Positions 1-10,947 of a stretch of 64,000 nucleotides of DNA are shown one piece after another; position 1 is the first letter of the stretch; each line of letters opens with the position of its first letter. The notes beneath the pieces were generated by a model. The model was given only the letters and a program-made list of their open reading frames with translations, ran no database searches and had not been told where the DNA came from. The translations under genes and the position numbers were made by a program. The stretch spans positions 608,001 to 672,000 of the forward strand of contig CAXXHB010000003.1 in NCBI GenBank assembly GCA_963664815.2, read 5' to 3'. The DNA comes from Spirochaetota bacterium (GTDB taxonomy: Bacteria > Spirochaetota > UBA4802 > UBA5550).

Positions 1-310
1 CTTTTGACGATTGACCTTTTTGTGAAAATATTGTCAAGCATGATTGACACATTTAATTTATCAAAAACTAATTATTGGTGTCATAGTAAGAACAGGAAAG
101 ATCCATTTTGATTTCCGTTTTTATAAAAATGATTTAAATAAAAAGTTTATTATATTGTGGGTTATGCTGATGGTTTTTTATAAAAAAAGATAAATACATT
201 CCGTTTATTTTCCGGCAGTTTGTTGCCTGATAATTTTCTTGAGTGTTTCTGGTAATTGTTCAGATCAGACTTTTGTAGATTTTAAAGGAATCAGTAAAAG
301 GAATCAGTAA

Positions 311-778
311 ATGAAGCAAAAATATAAATTTTGTTTTATTCTTTCAATACTGGCTTTGTCTTTATCTGTATATGCAGATGAAAGTAAATTGTCTTATAAA
401 AAGTCGATTGAAAAATGGAATAAAGCCAATTTCAGGGAATATTCAGCCAGGATAAGATTTTCAGCTTTCAGCCCTCTTTCCGGTATATGGGATATCGATG
501 TAAAAAACGGAAATATTTATAACTGCAGGTTAAACGGAAAAGCAGCAGATATGCATAAAAAATTTGCAGAGATGCTTACAATTGAAAACATCTATAAAAC
601 ATACTGCGAAGGTTTTATCTCCGGTGAAAACGGACCATTTATCATTAAAGCTACATATGGAAAAGATGGCTTTATAAACTCACTGACAAAAACCAGAAAT
701 CCTCAGTATAAGAATAAAGTAAAAACAGATTCTGTCTATAAAATTGAAGTACTGGATATTACTTCGGGAGAGAGGTAA
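311..778 (+). CDS. Secreted protein, DUF6174-like
   Basis: N-terminal signal peptide (ending SVYA-DE); the W-x5-EYS..., TIENIY and ATY-x2-DGF pattern resembles DUF6174; 2-nt gap to the next gene. Confidence 0.6.
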   Translation: MKQKYKFCFILSILALSLSVYADESKLSYKKSIEKWNKANFREYSARIRFSAFSPLSGIWDIDVKNGNIYNCRLNGKAADMHKKFAEMLTIENIYKTYCEGFISGENGPFIIKATYGKDGFINSLTKTRNPQYKNKVKTDSVYKIEVLDITSGER

Positions 779-780
779 TT

Positions 781-2403
781 ATGCATAAGATAAAATATTT
801 TATTTTTGCAGTATTTATTTTCCCGGTTTCACAGCTCTTTGCCATGCCTCCTCATCCCGATATTGTTGAGCAGTACAGGAAGAACGGGGAGTTAAAATCA
901 TTGATGAGCCGGATAGAATCTATGAATTCAAAACTGAACATGAATTCACCGTTAAAATCATTTCCATCATCCGGTGATAGGCATGTGCCGGTTCTTCTTG
1001 TGAACTTTGTTACTTCTTATGAGGCTACTTATAGGTATTCCTCAGATATTGGTAATATTAAGAAGCTGAATATTTCCATATACTGGTTACTATTGATACT
1101 GGCGGCTTATATCTTGATTTTAATTAAAAAACATGGCTCACCTGATAGAGTTGTTTTTAAACCTTTTATGGCTCTTTATCTGTTTTTACTTGCATTTTTT
1201 ATTTCCTGTGGGGTTTCAAAGGAGGAAGATGAGGAGAGTTTCCCGACGGATCCTTCTGTATATTCGAAGTTTTTAAACGGTGATACTCTTTCAGTAAGAA
1301 AGTATTATAAGGACATGTCACATAATAATTTAAACCTTATATTTGATATTTACGGCCCTGTCAGGGTTTCAAAAACCTGGAGTTATTACGGAGAGAATGA
1401 TGCGTCCGGTAATGATATGCATGCAGCAGAACTTGTAAGTGAAGCCTTGAGGCTTATGGTAAGCAAATATCAGTCTGTTGATTTCCGGCAGTATAATAAT
1501 GATGGTGACAGTTATGTTGATGCGGTGATTATTATTCATGAAGGACCAGGTGAGGAATCCGGCGGAGGTGCCGGTACAATATGGTCTCACCAGTGGGATC
1601 TGGTAAGCGCCGGATATGGTGCTGTCCCAACCGGGGACGGTGTTTCATTTAATGTCTATACAATACAACCGGAATATACCTTCAGGCGTGGAGACTCATC
1701 CATGGGTGTTTATGCGCACGAATTTGGTCACGTATTGGGGCTGCCGGATCTGTATGACACAGACGGGTCTACTAATGGCGTTGGCAACTGGAGTCTTATG
1801 GGGAATGGTTCATGGATGGGGCCGGGGGGGGCATATAACGGAATCACTCCGGCTCCGCTTCTTGCGTGGGAACGTTTAAAAGCGGGTGGTACCGGGACTG
1901 GTAAATGGGTTACTGTTGAGGAGATAACATCAAATGTCAGCAACCAGTCAATATATAATATTGAAACACCGGGTATTGCTTATAAAGTTATGCTTGATTC
2001 TGCCGTCGGTCAGGAACAGTATTTATTATTGGAAGGGAAGGTTCAGTCAACTTCAACACAGTGGTATATTGCCGGAACAGGTGTTATGATAACTCATATA
2101 CATGAAGGTGTAGTCAGCTATTATACTTCAACAGACAAAGTGAATGCAGGTACAAATGGGACAAGAGTCCATGGCATAAATATTATTGAAGCCGATGGAG
2201 GGAGTGATTTATGGAGTAAAAGTGACAGAGGGTCGGCGTCTGATCTATTTACTTCCGGTGGTGTTACAAATATGATTAAATATACAGGTACATCACCGTC
2301 TTATCCAAAAAGTTCATTTTCTGCTACAACTATTGATATAAGTAATATCAGTGTGGCAGCCAGTCCTCTATCTATGAAATTCGATATAACAGGCCTACAG
2401 TAA
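781..2403 (+). CDS. M6 family (immune inhibitor A-like) zinc metalloprotease with an inserted TM hairpin
   Basis: Signal peptide followed by AMPPHP; HEFGHVLGLPDLYD zinc motif; WSLMGNGSW Met-turn; IWSHQW; RBS GAGAGG. Confidence 0.92.
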   Translation: MHKIKYFIFAVFIFPVSQLFAMPPHPDIVEQYRKNGELKSLMSRIESMNSKLNMNSPLKSFPSSGDRHVPVLLVNFVTSYEATYRYSSDIGNIKKLNISIYWLLLILAAYILILIKKHGSPDRVVFKPFMALYLFLLAFFISCGVSKEEDEESFPTDPSVYSKFLNGDTLSVRKYYKDMSHNNLNLIFDIYGPVRVSKTWSYYGENDASGNDMHAAELVSEALRLMVSKYQSVDFRQYNNDGDSYVDAVIIIHEGPGEESGGGAGTIWSHQWDLVSAGYGAVPTGDGVSFNVYTIQPEYTFRRGDSSMGVYAHEFGHVLGLPDLYDTDGSTNGVGNWSLMGNGSWMGPGGAYNGITPAPLLAWERLKAGGTGTGKWVTVEEITSNVSNQSIYNIETPGIAYKVMLDSAVGQEQYLLLEGKVQSTSTQWYIAGTGVMITHIHEGVVSYYTSTDKVNAGTNGTRVHGINIIEADGGSDLWSKSDRGSASDLFTSGGVTNMIKYTGTSPSYPKSSFSATTIDISNISVAASPLSMKFDITGLQ

Positions 2404-2461
2404 TCAGCAGACAGGCTTGATAATATTTTTTTAGCAGATGAAGTTTTTGTTGAAGGATAAA

Positions 2462-2513
2462 AAAATATAAAAAAAAGAGATCATTTTATTCTGATCTCTT
2501 TTTTTTATATTTT
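2462..2513. terminator. Bidirectional intrinsic terminator between the M6 gene and the 5S rRNA
   Basis: Perfect 22-bp inverted repeat (AAAATATAAAAAAAAGAGATCA / TGATCTCTTTTTTTTATATTTT) with an 8-nt loop, between convergent genes. Confidence 0.8.
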
Positions 2514-2514
2514 A

Positions 2515-2632
<118 letters not shown>

Positions 2633-2658
2633 AAAGTTGCTTTCCTTTTAATAAAACC

Positions 2659-2687
2659 AGTTAAATCGAAATGGTTTTTTAAGTCAA
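2659..2687 (-). promoter_or_regulatory. Putative sigma70 promoter for the 5S rRNA
   Basis: TTGACT-N17-TTAACT on the minus strand about 25 nt upstream of the 5S gene, preceded by A/T tracts (UP-like). Confidence 0.45.
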
Positions 2688-2695
2688 CTCAAATC

Positions 2696-2737
2696 TTACT
2701 TTTTTTTAATTTTTTTAAAAAAATTAAAAAAAAGTAA
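2696..2737. repeat. Perfect 42-bp AT-rich palindrome downstream of ilvC
   Basis: TTAC-T8-AA-T7 | A7-TT-A8-GTAA with no loop. Confidence 0.85.
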
Positions 2738-2741
2738 CAGA

Positions 2742-3737
2742 TTATTTTGCGTTAATCCATTTCATCATTTTTCTTAACTTGGCGCCGACCTTTTCTATCT
2801 GATGCTCTCTCTCTTCTTTCTTGATTTTGTTAAAGAATGGACGTCCCGTCTCATTTTCCCGGATCCAGTTTTTAGCAAAAGTTCCATTCTGTATCTCTTT
2901 CAGTATTTTCTCCATTTCCTTCTTAGTTGCATCAGTTACTATTCTCGGTCCGCTGACATAATCTCCATACTCTGCCGTATCGGAAACTGAATATCTCATA
3001 TAGTTTATTCCCCCCTGGTAAAAGAGGTCAACTATCAGTTTAAGCTCGTGGAGACACTCAAAGTATGCTATTTCAGGCTGGTATCCGGCGTTGACAAGTG
3101 TTTCGAAACCCGCTTTTACAAGATGAGATGCACCGCCGCAGAGTACCGCCTGTTCGCCGAAGAGATCAGTTTCTGTCTCTTCTTTGAAGGTTGTTTCTAT
3201 GACACCGGCTCTTGTCGCCCCGATTCCATCTGCGTATGCAAGAGCTATTTTTTTTGCTTTTTTTGTGGCATCATTCTGGATTGCGATAAGTGCGGGTACT
3301 CCCCCCCCTTTTTCATATTCGCTTCTTACAAGATGTCCCGGGCCCTTGGGGGCTATCATAATTACATCACAATCTTTGGGAGGATCAATTCTTTTAAAGT
3401 GGATATTAAATCCGTGAGAGAATACAAGAGTCTTCCCTTTTTTCATAAAGGGTTTAATATCCTCATTGTAAATTTTTTCCTGGATGTGGTCGGGAGCTAA
3501 TATCTGGATGAGATCTGCTTTCTCAGCAGCTTCTTTCGCAGTTACAGGCTGAAAATTATGCGATACAGCGAGTTTATAGTTGTCAGTGCCTTTTACTTCT
3601 GCAATAATAACATTAAGGCCGCTATCTCTTAAATTCTGAGCCTGTGAATGACCCTGACTGCCGTAACCTATTACAGCTATTGTTTTGTCTTTTAAAATAC
3701 TGATATCCGCATCTTTTTCATAATACATCTTTGCCAT
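2742..3737 (-). CDS. ilvC: Ketol-acid reductoisomerase
   Basis: [34 protein letters not shown] and SDTAEYG motifs. Confidence 0.98.
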   Translation of the reverse strand: MAKMYYEKDADISILKDKTIAVIGYGSQGHSQAQNLRDSGLNVIIAEVKGTDNYKLAVSHNFQPVTAKEAAEKADLIQILAPDHIQEKIYNEDIKPFMKKGKTLVFSHGFNIHFKRIDPPKDCDVIMIAPKGPGHLVRSEYEKGGGVPALIAIQNDATKKAKKIALAYADGIGATRAGVIETTFKEETETDLFGEQAVLCGGASHLVKAGFETLVNAGYQPEIAYFECLHELKLIVDLFYQGGINYMRYSVSDTAEYGDYVSGPRIVTDATKKEMEKILKEIQNGTFAKNWIRENETGRPFFNKIKKEEREHQIEKVGAKLRKMMKWINAK

Positions 3738-3783
3738 TTTTTTATCTCCTAAAATTCATTATTCATTACATTTGAAGGCTTAA

Positions 3784-4266
3784 TCAATCTTTTTCTTTAA
3801 GGATCGAAACCAGTCCCGTGCGCATTGATTCTTTTATTCCATAAGGTGTAGATAATTCTATAAACCTGTCAATCTTTTCTGAGTCCCCTTTTACTGAAAA
3901 TGTTATAGTTTTAAGGGAAATATCGGCTACCTCCGCTTTAAACAGTTCGGCAAGCTGAAGAATCTCCCCTCTTTTGGCAGGGGGACAGTTAACTTTTATT
4001 AACGCAAGTTCTCTCTGAATTGAAGACTGCTGAACATGATCTGATACTTTAATGACATCAATAAGTTTATTGAGCTGTTTTTTTACCTGCTCAAGTATTC
4101 TATCGTCGCCATTTACTACTATAGTCATAACTGAAATATCTTCATGTTCTGTTTTGCTGACCGCGAGAGAATCTATATTGTAACCTCTTGCTGAGAATAG
4201 TCCCGCCACACGAGCGAGTACTCCGAACTTATTTTCTACTTTTACTGAAATTACATGTTGGCTCAT
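3784..4266 (-). CDS. ilvN: Acetolactate synthase small (regulatory) subunit
   Basis: ENKFGVLARVAGLFSARGYNIDSL ACT domain; KQLNKLIDVIKV; RELALIKV. Confidence 0.97.
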   Translation of the reverse strand: MSQHVISVKVENKFGVLARVAGLFSARGYNIDSLAVSKTEHEDISVMTIVVNGDDRILEQVKKQLNKLIDVIKVSDHVQQSSIQRELALIKVNCPPAKRGEILQLAELFKAEVADISLKTITFSVKGDSEKIDRFIELSTPYGIKESMRTGLVSILKEKD

Positions 4267-4274
4267 TTTTATAC

Positions 4275-5957
4275 CTACGCAAGTTCTCTCATTATTGTCT
4301 CTTTTATGGTTTTACCCGCAGGCACCATCGGATAGACGTTCTCCTCTTTGCTGACGTTGAAGTCAATAATTACAGGCTTGTCTGTGGAAGATAACGCCTT
4401 TGTTATGGCGGCGTCAACTTCCTCTTTCTCGGTCACTCTTATCCCGGTACACCCGTATGCCTCGGCGAGTTTTACAAAATCCGGTGCAAAATTTATACAT
4501 GTATGAGAATATCTCTTGTCCCAGAACAGTTGCTGCCACTGGCGTACCATGCCGAGAAATCCGTTATTAAGTATTGCGATTATTATCGGCAGTTTATGCT
4601 GTGCCGCGACAATCAATTCCTGTATATTCATCTGGATTGAACCGTCACCGGCAATGTCGATTACTTTTTTATCCGGGCGTGCAAGCTGAGCGCCGATTGC
4701 GGCAGGAAGGCCGAATCCCATTGTTCCGAGGCCTCCTGACGATATAAATGTTCTCGGTTCGGTATATTTATAGAATTGAGCTGCCCACATCTGGTTCTGA
4801 CCAACCTCTGTAGTTATCACTGCTTTTCCATCTGTCAGTTTATAAAGCTGCTCAACAACATATTGAGGTTTGATATCATCTTTCTCTTTCATTTCGTAAT
4901 GCAACGGATGGTCTTTTTTTACTGTCATAAGCTCTTTTACCCACTCATCAATTTCCGGCGCGTTAATCTCCTTATTGATTTCATGGAGTATTTTTTTACA
5001 GTCGCCGACTATGGGGATATCAACAAGAACGTTTTTACTGACAGATGCCGGATCAATGTCTATATGTATTACCTTTGCGTGAGGGATGAAATCTGAAATT
5101 TTACCGGTTACCCGGTCGTCAAACCGGGCGCCTACTGCAATTAAGAGGTCGGAATGATGCACAGAATAGTTTGCATAGTATGTTCCGTGCATTCCAAGCA
5201 TCTCCATGGAGAGTGGATCTGTCTCAGGGAATATTCCCATTCCCATAAGAGTGGTGGTGACTGGAATACCGGTTTTTTTTACAAGTTTTCTCAGTTCTTC
5301 AGAAGCATTGGAAAGAACAACTCCTCCGCCGGCATATATAACAGGTTTTTTTGCCGATTCAATAAGCCTGCATGCTTTCACTATCTGCCCCGGGTGCCCT
5401 TCATATGTGGGTTTGTATCCTTTTATTGATATTTCGTCAGGGTATTCGAAATTATATATAGCGTTGGAGATGTCGACGGGAATATCAATAAGTACTGGCC
5501 CTGGTCTGCCTGTTGAAGCAATATAGAAGGCTTCTTTTATTATTCTGGCAAGGTCTTTTATATCCTGAACCAGGTAGTTGTGTTTTGTAATGGGCCTTGT
5601 TATGCCGGTAATATCGACTTCCTGGAAAGCATCGTTTCCTATAAGGTTAGTTGATACCTGTCCGGTTAAAACAACAAGAGGTACAGAATCAAGATGTGCC
5701 GTTGCAATTCCTGTGACCAGGTTAGTTGCTCCTGGTCCTGATGTCGCGAGAACTACTCCGGTTTTTCCGGAAGCCCTTGCGTAACCGTCAGCTGCATGAA
5801 TTGCTCCCTGTTCATGCCTGCTCAGAATAAATTTTATCGGGGCATGATACAGTTCATGGAATATAGGTATGACGACTCCACCGGGATATCCGAACATGCA
5901 CTCTACATTTTCTTTTAGAAGTGATTCAACAATTATCTGGGAACCTTTAATTTTCAA
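4275..5957 (-). CDS. ilvB: Acetolactate synthase large subunit, biosynthetic type (TTG start)
   Basis: [36 protein letters not shown]...[10 protein letters not shown]. Confidence 0.98.
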   Translation of the reverse strand: MKIKGSQIIVESLLKENVECMFGYPGGVVIPIFHELYHAPIKFILSRHEQGAIHAADGYARASGKTGVVLATSGPGATNLVTGIATAHLDSVPLVVLTGQVSTNLIGNDAFQEVDITGITRPITKHNYLVQDIKDLARIIKEAFYIASTGRPGPVLIDIPVDISNAIYNFEYPDEISIKGYKPTYEGHPGQIVKACRLIESAKKPVIYAGGGVVLSNASEELRKLVKKTGIPVTTTLMGMGIFPETDPLSMEMLGMHGTYYANYSVHHSDLLIAVGARFDDRVTGKISDFIPHAKVIHIDIDPASVSKNVLVDIPIVGDCKKILHEINKEINAPEIDEWVKELMTVKKDHPLHYEMKEKDDIKPQYVVEQLYKLTDGKAVITTEVGQNQMWAAQFYKYTEPRTFISSGGLGTMGFGLPAAIGAQLARPDKKVIDIAGDGSIQMNIQELIVAAQHKLPIIIAILNNGFLGMVRQWQQLFWDKRYSHTCINFAPDFVKLAEAYGCTGIRVTEKEEVDAAITKALSSTDKPVIIDFNVSKEENVYPMVPAGKTIKETIMRELA

Positions 5958-6174
5958 AACGAATCTCCTTTAGAGCAGATATAAGAGTAAGGGTTTTCAC
6001 GTGCAGAGCTTTTGTCAAATTTTTTTTCTTTAGAGAGTTTAAAAGCTTGATTTGAAATTCAACTATATCATATTATAAATTGCTGATATTCTCACCGGGG
6101 TGTGAGGGATGTTTTTGGCTGTTAAGGTATAAATAATAATATAATTTTGAAAAGTGAGACAACCCGCAAATTAA

Positions 6175-7083
6175 ATGAATAAAGATCTTGTTGAAAGAGT
6201 TTTTAAGAGAATTGTGGCATTAAATTGTCTCTATAATGTCGATTCTATACCTCATTCGGATGTTTTTTTTAAGGAAACCGAGGCTCTGTTAGGCTTGTCT
6301 GTATCTGAACTGGATTTAATCATAAGCATACTGAAGGAATCGCATAAAATTTTTGTGATGGAGATTTCACGAGAGGATAAAAGCAAGAAAATTGAGAAAA
6401 TAAACGGATATGTTGATGCCGATCTTTTAAGTATACAGAAACTGAGAGATGTATTTCACAAAGCTTTAATGGATGATTATGAAAAAGATACCGGAAGAAG
6501 AAAGTCATCAGGGCAGATAATCAAGGAATTGATCCCGCAGCTGCAGTATCTTATTAATACACCCATGGGAAAGCTGCTTAATAAAGCTATAATGCTTGAC
6601 GAATATTCCAGACTTCTTGAAAAAGATTATAAAGAATATACAGAGGAATGGAAAGAGGAAAATCTACAGGTTCAACTCTCTGTGAATGATGATTTATGGA
6701 AGAAGTATTCCAGCGAAAAAATGGTTGTGGATGAAAAAGACTCTGTAATTCCAAAAAAGGTCAAACCTGTAAGAGCGGTTGATTCCCCTCTTATTGATGA
6801 TTTTTCCAGGCAGGTTAGTGCGGGATCAATTACCAGAGTGCTGCATATTTATGGAGTGGATTTTTTTTTCAGGGTAAATTTAAGGCAGTATAAATTTGAT
6901 TATATCTCACAGGTTCTTGACACAGGCGTAATTGACAGAAAAAGTGATCTTATTGTACTAAAGGATATGCTGAAAAAAATTAAAGAAAATATGGATTTTG
7001 ACAAAGAACTTGACAAGTATTATGATGAAATAATGTCACTTGACAGAAAAGTAAGCCGGAGTATCAGCTTTAGTAAAAAGTAG
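6175..7083 (+). CDS. Hypothetical cytoplasmic protein
   Basis: 302-aa ORF, helical and charged, divergent from ilvB; no recognised motif. Confidence 0.75.
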   Translation: MNKDLVERVFKRIVALNCLYNVDSIPHSDVFFKETEALLGLSVSELDLIISILKESHKIFVMEISREDKSKKIEKINGYVDADLLSIQKLRDVFHKALMDDYEKDTGRRKSSGQIIKELIPQLQYLINTPMGKLLNKAIMLDEYSRLLEKDYKEYTEEWKEENLQVQLSVNDDLWKKYSSEKMVVDEKDSVIPKKVKPVRAVDSPLIDDFSRQVSAGSITRVLHIYGVDFFFRVNLRQYKFDYISQVLDTGVIDRKSDLIVLKDMLKKIKENMDFDKELDKYYDEIMSLDRKVSRSISFSKK

Positions 7084-7149
7084 AATTATTCGATAATAAT
7101 TTTATAATGACAGAATAACAAATAACATAAATATAATAAATATAATAAT

Positions 7150-7917
7150 ATGAGAAAAAGATATCTATCGGCAGTTTTATTTATTTTAATTATTCCGACG
7201 GTTCTCTATTCAAGAGAATTTCTGAATTCGGTTGTTCACCTGAATTTTGGCGGGATGTATACTTTTGCAACAACAGGTGACATTATTGACAGTGAGAATA
7301 ATGTTATTGAAAGCAAAATTCCGACAAATACCAATATAAGTCATTATGAAACGGCATATTGTGTGACTCTTGATATTGTTCCAACCGATCCGATAATCCT
7401 CGGGTTAGAGGAACATGCTATCAAGTTCGGTATCAGGGGATCGTATAGGTTCCATTTTTTACAGCAGAGAGTTACCGATGATGGTGAATTGGGTGATCAG
7501 GTCATGAATTACAATTCATGGATGATAGGGCCGGTTGTACATTATGCTCCATTTATTGAACCTTCAGATTTGAATGAAGATTATACTGCAAGTGGCGGAT
7601 TTACATTTTTTGCTCTTTGGGGGAGAGTTAACGGGAATCTGACCGCTTTTCCTTCAGTCAGGGAGAGAGGTTTATCCACCGATGTTTATGCGACAAAAAT
7701 CAGCGGTTATAAATATGATATAGGTTTTGGTGCTGAGCTTGCTTTATGTTCATTGAATTTCGGAGTGAATATATATTATTCATGTACAAGGTTTCAGATG
7801 GAAGACCAGATTTATGCAGATCTCGGTAAAAATGGCTACCTCAAAGAGGGCTGCATGGAGATTTATGTAGGAATTCCAATTGAATCATTTATAGATCCTC
7901 TGATACCCACATTCTGA
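7150..7917 (+). CDS. Secreted protein, probable outer-membrane beta-barrel
   Basis: Signal peptide; alternating aromatic/Gly strands (FGIRGSYRF, YKYDIGFGAEL, FGVNIYYS). Confidence 0.6.
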   Translation: MRKRYLSAVLFILIIPTVLYSREFLNSVVHLNFGGMYTFATTGDIIDSENNVIESKIPTNTNISHYETAYCVTLDIVPTDPIILGLEEHAIKFGIRGSYRFHFLQQRVTDDGELGDQVMNYNSWMIGPVVHYAPFIEPSDLNEDYTASGGFTFFALWGRVNGNLTAFPSVRERGLSTDVYATKISGYKYDIGFGAELALCSLNFGVNIYYSCTRFQMEDQIYADLGKNGYLKEGCMEIYVGIPIESFIDPLIPTF

Positions 7918-7992
7918 AATCTCTTTATAATATCTTTCTGTAGTTATTTAATTATTATTTTAATTTTATCCTTAATAAATAAAAATAAAAAA

Positions 7993-8547
7993 TTAATCTT
8001 TTTTTGCCTTGCAAAGATCCGGATTTTTTATATAATCATCAAGTGATATTTTGCTTTCATAACATTCTCCTTTCATATATTTCAGGACTGAAATGAAAAC
8101 TTTTTTTTCAATAAAACCTGGCAGCGTTGTTACAGGTTTACTTTGATTGTCCAGAAAGAGTATAGTAGGAAATCCATTTGAGCCTGTGTAAGCCATCATT
8201 TTTGCAGGAGTTACTTTTTCCCCCATTATCTCGAATGTCTCTCTATCCTTTTCGGGGTTTACCCGCATATTGTAAAAATTTTCATTCATATATTGAGATA
8301 TATCAGGATCGCTGAAGATTTCAGAATTCATCTTTTTACAATAAATGCACCAATCTGTATAAAAAAATATAAGAACTGGTTTTTTCTGTAATTTTGCATT
8401 TTTAAGTCCTGAGGAAATTTTTTCCCATTTTACAGGTGTTTCTTTATTTTGCGCAGAGACTTTATTATCTCCGTTTTCATTACATGAAAAGCATGTTATA
8501 GTTAATATCAGGGCAACGCTTAAAAGATTTTTTAATCTGGCAGACAT
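7993..8547 (-). CDS. Thioredoxin-fold lipoprotein (SoxW/Thioredoxin_2-like)
   Basis: WCIYCKKM CxxC; GFPT cis-Pro motif; lipobox CFSC; start at 8547 chosen for the GGAG RBS (ORF track gives 8571). Confidence 0.85.
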   Translation of the reverse strand: MSARLKNLLSVALILTITCFSCNENGDNKVSAQNKETPVKWEKISSGLKNAKLQKKPVLIFFYTDWCIYCKKMNSEIFSDPDISQYMNENFYNMRVNPEKDRETFEIMGEKVTPAKMMAYTGSNGFPTILFLDNQSKPVTTLPGFIEKKVFISVLKYMKGECYESKISLDDYIKNPDLCKAKKD

Positions 8548-8970
8548 TATTTTCTCCATTTTCAATATCATTAAACATCATATTGATGAAATTCCGGTAG
8601 TGATAAAGACAAAGTTTTTTACAGGGTATAAAAAGGAAATAGCCCTTTGTTAAGCCTGTAAATAAAAAACAGAGTCTTATGGATCTCTTCAGAGGTTTAA
8701 TCAGTCACTATTATTGTGAAACTTTGCGATTTAATCAAGAAAATAAAATCGTTATAAAAATAATTTTATCCCTTGACTCTATTGACAATGTTGTTTTTGT
8801 TTAATTAGCGGGGTGATTAATAAAAAAAATTTAATACCCATTCGATACTATTTCCGACAGCCTTAATAAATAAAGAGGAAGCCTGCTGGAATAATGTCTG
8901 TAAATATTTACCGGTTCATTCTGTTATAAGGAAGTAAAACCGGTTTTAAACGACAATTGCGGAGAATACT

Positions 8971-10947
8971 ATGCCGGTTACAACAGATGAACTTAAACTC
9001 ATAGCACGGACTGTGAGAACACTTTCGATGGATATAGTACAGAAGGCTAACTCCGGCCATCCGGGGATGCCGCTTGGGTGTGCGGATATTGCTTCAGTGC
9101 TATGGACGCAGATTATGAATTATAACAGCAGAGATACTTCCTGGGTAAACAGGGACAGGTTTATATTATCCGCAGGTCATGGCTCTGCTCTTCTTTATTC
9201 GATGCTTCATCTTTCAGGTTATAATCTTTCACTGAATGATCTTAAAAATTTCAGGCAGATGGGGAGTTTAACTCCAGGGCATCCTGAATTCAGGCATACG
9301 CCCGGAGTTGAGACTACGACAGGGCCGCTGGGACAGGGTTTCGCAAATGGCGTAGGCATGGCTATAGCGGAAAAGCTTCTCGTGGAGGAGTTCGGGGATA
9401 TTATTGATCATTACATATATTCAATCGCCGGAGACGGATGTATGATGGAGGGGGTATCTTCCGAAGCAGCATCACTTGCCGGTCATCTAAAACTGGGAAA
9501 TATTATATATATTTATGATTCCAACAGGATTACAATTGAGGGTTCAACTGATCTGGCCTTTACAGAGAATGTAAAGGCCAGATTTGAGTCGTACGACTGG
9601 CATGTTCAGGAAATTGACGGTCACAACTTCAATGAAATTGAAGCATCAATACTTGAAGCTCAGAAGGTCAGGGATAAGCCATCGTTAATTATAGCAAGAA
9701 CAGTAATTGCAAAAGGCAGTGCATGTATGGAGGGAAGCGAGGAATCTCACGGTTCTCCTCTTGGAGAAAAGGAGATTAAAGAGTCCAAGGAAAAACTGGG
9801 ATGTAATGGCGAAAAAAGTTTTGATGTACCGGAAGAGGTCTATGAAATTTTCCGAAGAGTTGGAAGTGAAAAAAAGAAAACATACGACTCCTGGTTGTTG
9901 AAATTTAATTCTGTAATTAATGGTGAGTTGAAAGAAAAGTGGAACAGATATTTTTATAAACCTGATATCGAAAAACTGAGAGGAACATTACCTGTATTTG
10001 AAGCAGGATTAAAAATTGCAACAAGATCAGCCAGCGGAAAAGTGCTTGAAGCTTTATACAAAGAGCTGCCGAATTTTATCGGAGGTTCCGCTGATCTTGC
10101 ACCGAGTAATAAAACTATGGTGAAAAATGTCAGCGAAAGTGGAAAGGGCAGAGTAGGAAGAATACTTCATTATGGAGTGAGAGAAAATGCCATGGGTTCC
10201 ATTCAGAACGGGATAGCCTATTATGGCGGTTTTATAAATTTTTCCGCAACATTTTTTGTTTTCATGGATTACATGCGTCCGGCAGTGAGGCTTGCAGCGC
10301 TGTCAGGGCTTCAATCTATTTATGTATTTACTCATGACTCCATATTTGTGGGAGAGGATGGGCCTACACATCAGCCTGTTGAACAGCTGGCATCATCTCG
10401 GGCAATTCCAAATCTTAACGTTATAAGACCGTGCGATGCGGATGAAACAGTCGAGGCATGGATCGCTGCGATATCAAGAGAGGATGGTCCTACCATGATT
10501 GTTCTTTCCCGGCAGAACCTTCCGGTAATTGACAGAACAGGCAGGTCAACGGCAAAGGATCTTGCAAAGGGTGGGTATATTGTTCATGATTATGATTCTC
10601 AGGATCTTGTTATTATCGCAACTGGTTCCGAAGTACATACATCCATAGAGGCCGCTAAAAAACTTTTCAGTGAAAAAGGTATATGTGCCAGAGTGGTGTC
10701 TCTTCCCTGCCATGAACTTTTTGACCGTCAGAGTGAAGTCTACAGAAATGAGATACTCGGCAGCTGCAGCAGAAGAGTTGTTGTTGAGGCAGGTATTAGA
10801 ATGGGATGGGAGAAGTATGCCGGTGAAAACGCTTTCTTTATCACAATTAATGAGTTTGGAAGATCAGCACCGGAATCAGACCTTGCCGATTATTTCGGAT
10901 TTACGTCTGACAGGGTATATGAAAAAATAGTAAAATATATGAGCTGA
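8971..10947 (+). CDS. tkt: Transketolase
   Basis: SGHPG, RDRFILSAGH, TTGPLGQG, GDGCMMEG, THDSIFVGEDGPTHQP. Confidence 0.98.
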   Translation: MPVTTDELKLIARTVRTLSMDIVQKANSGHPGMPLGCADIASVLWTQIMNYNSRDTSWVNRDRFILSAGHGSALLYSMLHLSGYNLSLNDLKNFRQMGSLTPGHPEFRHTPGVETTTGPLGQGFANGVGMAIAEKLLVEEFGDIIDHYIYSIAGDGCMMEGVSSEAASLAGHLKLGNIIYIYDSNRITIEGSTDLAFTENVKARFESYDWHVQEIDGHNFNEIEASILEAQKVRDKPSLIIARTVIAKGSACMEGSEESHGSPLGEKEIKESKEKLGCNGEKSFDVPEEVYEIFRRVGSEKKKTYDSWLLKFNSVINGELKEKWNRYFYKPDIEKLRGTLPVFEAGLKIATRSASGKVLEALYKELPNFIGGSADLAPSNKTMVKNVSESGKGRVGRILHYGVRENAMGSIQNGIAYYGGFINFSATFFVFMDYMRPAVRLAALSGLQSIYVFTHDSIFVGEDGPTHQPVEQLASSRAIPNLNVIRPCDADETVEAWIAAISREDGPTMIVLSRQNLPVIDRTGRSTAKDLAKGGYIVHDYDSQDLVIIATGSEVHTSIEAAKKLFSEKGICARVVSLPCHELFDRQSEVYRNEILGSCSRRVVVEAGIRMGWEKYAGENAFFITINEFGRSAPESDLADYFGFTSDRVYEKIVKYMS

